A DNA stretch of 63,361 nt, counting the filler, from Lenisia limosa (lineage: Eukaryota; Protista; Breviatea): NCBI GenBank assembly GCA_001655205.1. It is 12 parts of 12 records of this genome, joined end to end, with 100 filler letters (N's around TTAATTAATTAA, not from the genome) between each part and the next. Parts side by side here need not be neighbours in the genome. Positions count along the whole stretch, not along the records: positions 59,745 to 61,440 come from LPNZ01003780.1; positions 61,541 to 63,361 come from LPNZ01003089.1; 10 more parts are not named here. The stretch is one strand, 5' to 3'. The stretch's first letter is position 1. Every line of letters begins with the position of its first letter. A program made the position numbers and the translations under genes. Shown here in pieces: positions 61,426 to 63,361 of this stretch. The notes beneath the pieces are model-generated. The model saw nothing but the letters and a program-made list of their open reading frames with translations, was not told the DNA's origin and searched no databases.

Positions 61426-61540
61426 TGAGATTTGGGGGGGNNNNNNNNNNNNNNNNNNNNNNNNNNNNNNNNNNNNNNNNNNNNTTAATTAATTAANNNN
61501 NNNNNNNNNNNNNNNNNNNNNNNNNNNNNNNNNNNNNNNN

Positions 61541-63034
61541 GTACGAACAGAACGTAAAACAGAGGATCGTCGCCGAGTTGCATCCACTTGTTGGTGTTGA
61601 ATGGGAGAAATTGTTGAGGTACTGTGCCATGGGGAATAGCGCCCACCGTACTATGAACTGTGCGTCACATTGCCGTTGTCGTCTGGGGGCTATCAGCATG
61701 TTTACGGTCGCTATGTCACTGCTCCATTTGCTGGCGTACTCGGGTGCAATGGCCTTTAAAGCCGAGAGGAGGGCAGTGGACTGCAAACCCCCACCTTGGC
61801 CTACGTGTAGTGTCGTTTGGATGTCCGGCCACAACAGGGAGCATGCGGCGTTGATGGCGCCACGACTGTACGATACCTGGGCTGACAACGAGTGTACAAT
61901 CGACCTGGCCTGGGTAAGTAGAGGGAACAACCCGCTGTTGCTGCCCTTCTTTGCTCCTTCGCTGTTGCCAAGTGTGCAAATGCTGGACAGGTTGGTGGCT
62001 ACCGCAGAGGTTGCTTCTACGTTAGGTTCCTGCAATGTTGCGATGTCGATGACTGAGTTGTCTTTCATCGATGGTAGTATACCAATAGGGACACATGCTC
62101 GTGTAGAGAGGACAACCGCCACAGGGGTCTTAAATCGAAGTAGGACATTGCCCTTCGCACTGACGTTACTCTGTGCCTCTGCCCTTGGAATGTGGGCATA
62201 AGCATGCGTGTCTACGTCATTTTCAGATTGGTCACCAAGCCAATAGCCGCCAAGTAAGGGAGGCTGAGGCGAGGCGGGTGCGTCTGGAATTCGTTGATTC
62301 CCATTGAATTCGCCCGACAACACCATATACAGCGTATTCTGGTAGGGATTCTGGCTGATCCCACGCGTAACAAGGGGGGCCAGAACGCCTTTGTAGCGCG
62401 CAAGGGCCTCAAAGACTGCGGCCGTGAACCCACCTGCGGGATTGGACACGACCAACTGCCGTGCGGTGTGTGCCACCAACTTGGTCCCGAGTTGTAGGTT
62501 TGCCAGCTGTACCGTCTTCATAACCTGGTGTGTTGACGCGTATATGTGTCCCGCAAAGGCAACCGCCAACTCCCGCGTGTCATTTATGTCGTTGCAGATG
62601 GGTATCCGCATGAGGTACGCAAGGTTATCGGCAAAAATAATTGGCCATTGTACGCCGCATGTGGACTGTATTGGCAGGACCAACTCACAGGAGGACCAGT
62701 CGTTTACACAGAGGAGTGCAGCAAGTAAGCACTGCAGGGGATGGCACGTCGAACTCGGGTCCTTGGTACTATCGTGAATCAGGAGGCCGGCATGTAGCAA
62801 CTTGATGAAAAGACTCGTCGGGGTGCTCGTGGTGATGTTGGTAGGGGGCACGTCACATGGTATAACTCCGGTATAATATGGGTCCTCGGAGTAGTTGCTA
62901 CCGGGCTCTGGTCCTGCTTGGTCGAAAATGGACAAGGAGTGTTCAGTCCCATCAGACTCTCCCATGACAAGCTGGGTGGGAAAATCTTTTTCCCCATCAA
63001 CGAAGTGGTTCGTAGAAACTTGAGAATCTAGCAA
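61541..63034 (-). CDS. Intronless ORF of at least 497 aa, unknown function, open at the contig edge; candidate viral or mobile-element structural protein
   Basis: About 1.5 kb of uninterrupted frame at visibly higher GC, whereas host exons here are about 20-200 bp. Ala/Thr/Pro/Ser/Val-rich with no motif I recognise. Confidence 0.6.
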
Positions 63035-63361
63035 GATTTACAAAAATATACCTCAACAATGATTCAATAATCTTTTCCTGACCTTTCTTTGCTTGAGCTG
63101 AGTGTTGACCCGCGAGGGCTTCATCGGTTTCTTCACATGATAGCCTTTGAAGGGACGCTTGGCAAGTGAGATACGGACCGACAACGCATGGTTTTCAAAA
63201 GAGAAATCCTGGTCAACATTGTCGGCTTCTCTCATTTGGCATGCGTCTTCGCGGCGAATTACCATGTTCCGAAAGCCGACTATACCAGAGGCGAGCTCAC
63301 AAGTTGAGTTACCCAAGGAGAGATGCTTTATGATGACTCATTATCACACAGAAATAGCAAT

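Noticed and set aside
5709-61540. Regularly recurring TTAATTAATTAA palindrome as a biological site or array
   Set aside because: It is always centred in exactly 44+44 Ns and is an all-frame-stop linker added during sequence concatenation. Gene order across these linkers has no biological meaning.

Overview
This window is not one locus. It is 12 short contigs or scaffolds from an AT-rich, very intron-dense microbial eukaryote, joined by 11 artificial 100-bp linkers (N44-TTAATTAATTAA-N44). The other N runs are assembly gaps, often next to G or C homopolymers. Most of the supplied six-frame ORFs are therefore spurious or partial, and I rebuilt the real genes by hand from GT-AG exons. Recognisable genes are VPS60/CHMP5, a HAD phosphatase (PGP/PHO13 type), an SLC43/Fmp42-like MFS transporter, part of DDB1, a kinesin and the catalytic C-terminus of separase. 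The 30-kb contig (16546-46336) is the most interesting. It holds two head-to-head class I phosphodiesterases, each with a 6-TM N-terminal cassette, which share alternating near-identical and diverged exons. Next to them are a dCache-TM-HAMP receptor whose class III cyclase domain lacks both metal-binding Asp residues, a partial inverted copy of that receptor, and a kinesin gene with a Penelope-like RT fragment in an intron. The window also has several MITE-like families, a sense-biased repeat sitting at intron 3' ends, repeated short tandem duplications spanning splice donors, an orphan TM9SF-like exon inside a separase intron, and a final GC-richer contig with an intronless ORF of about 500 aa that I cannot identify. 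Exon boundaries and family assignments come from manual translation and motif recall, not database searches.
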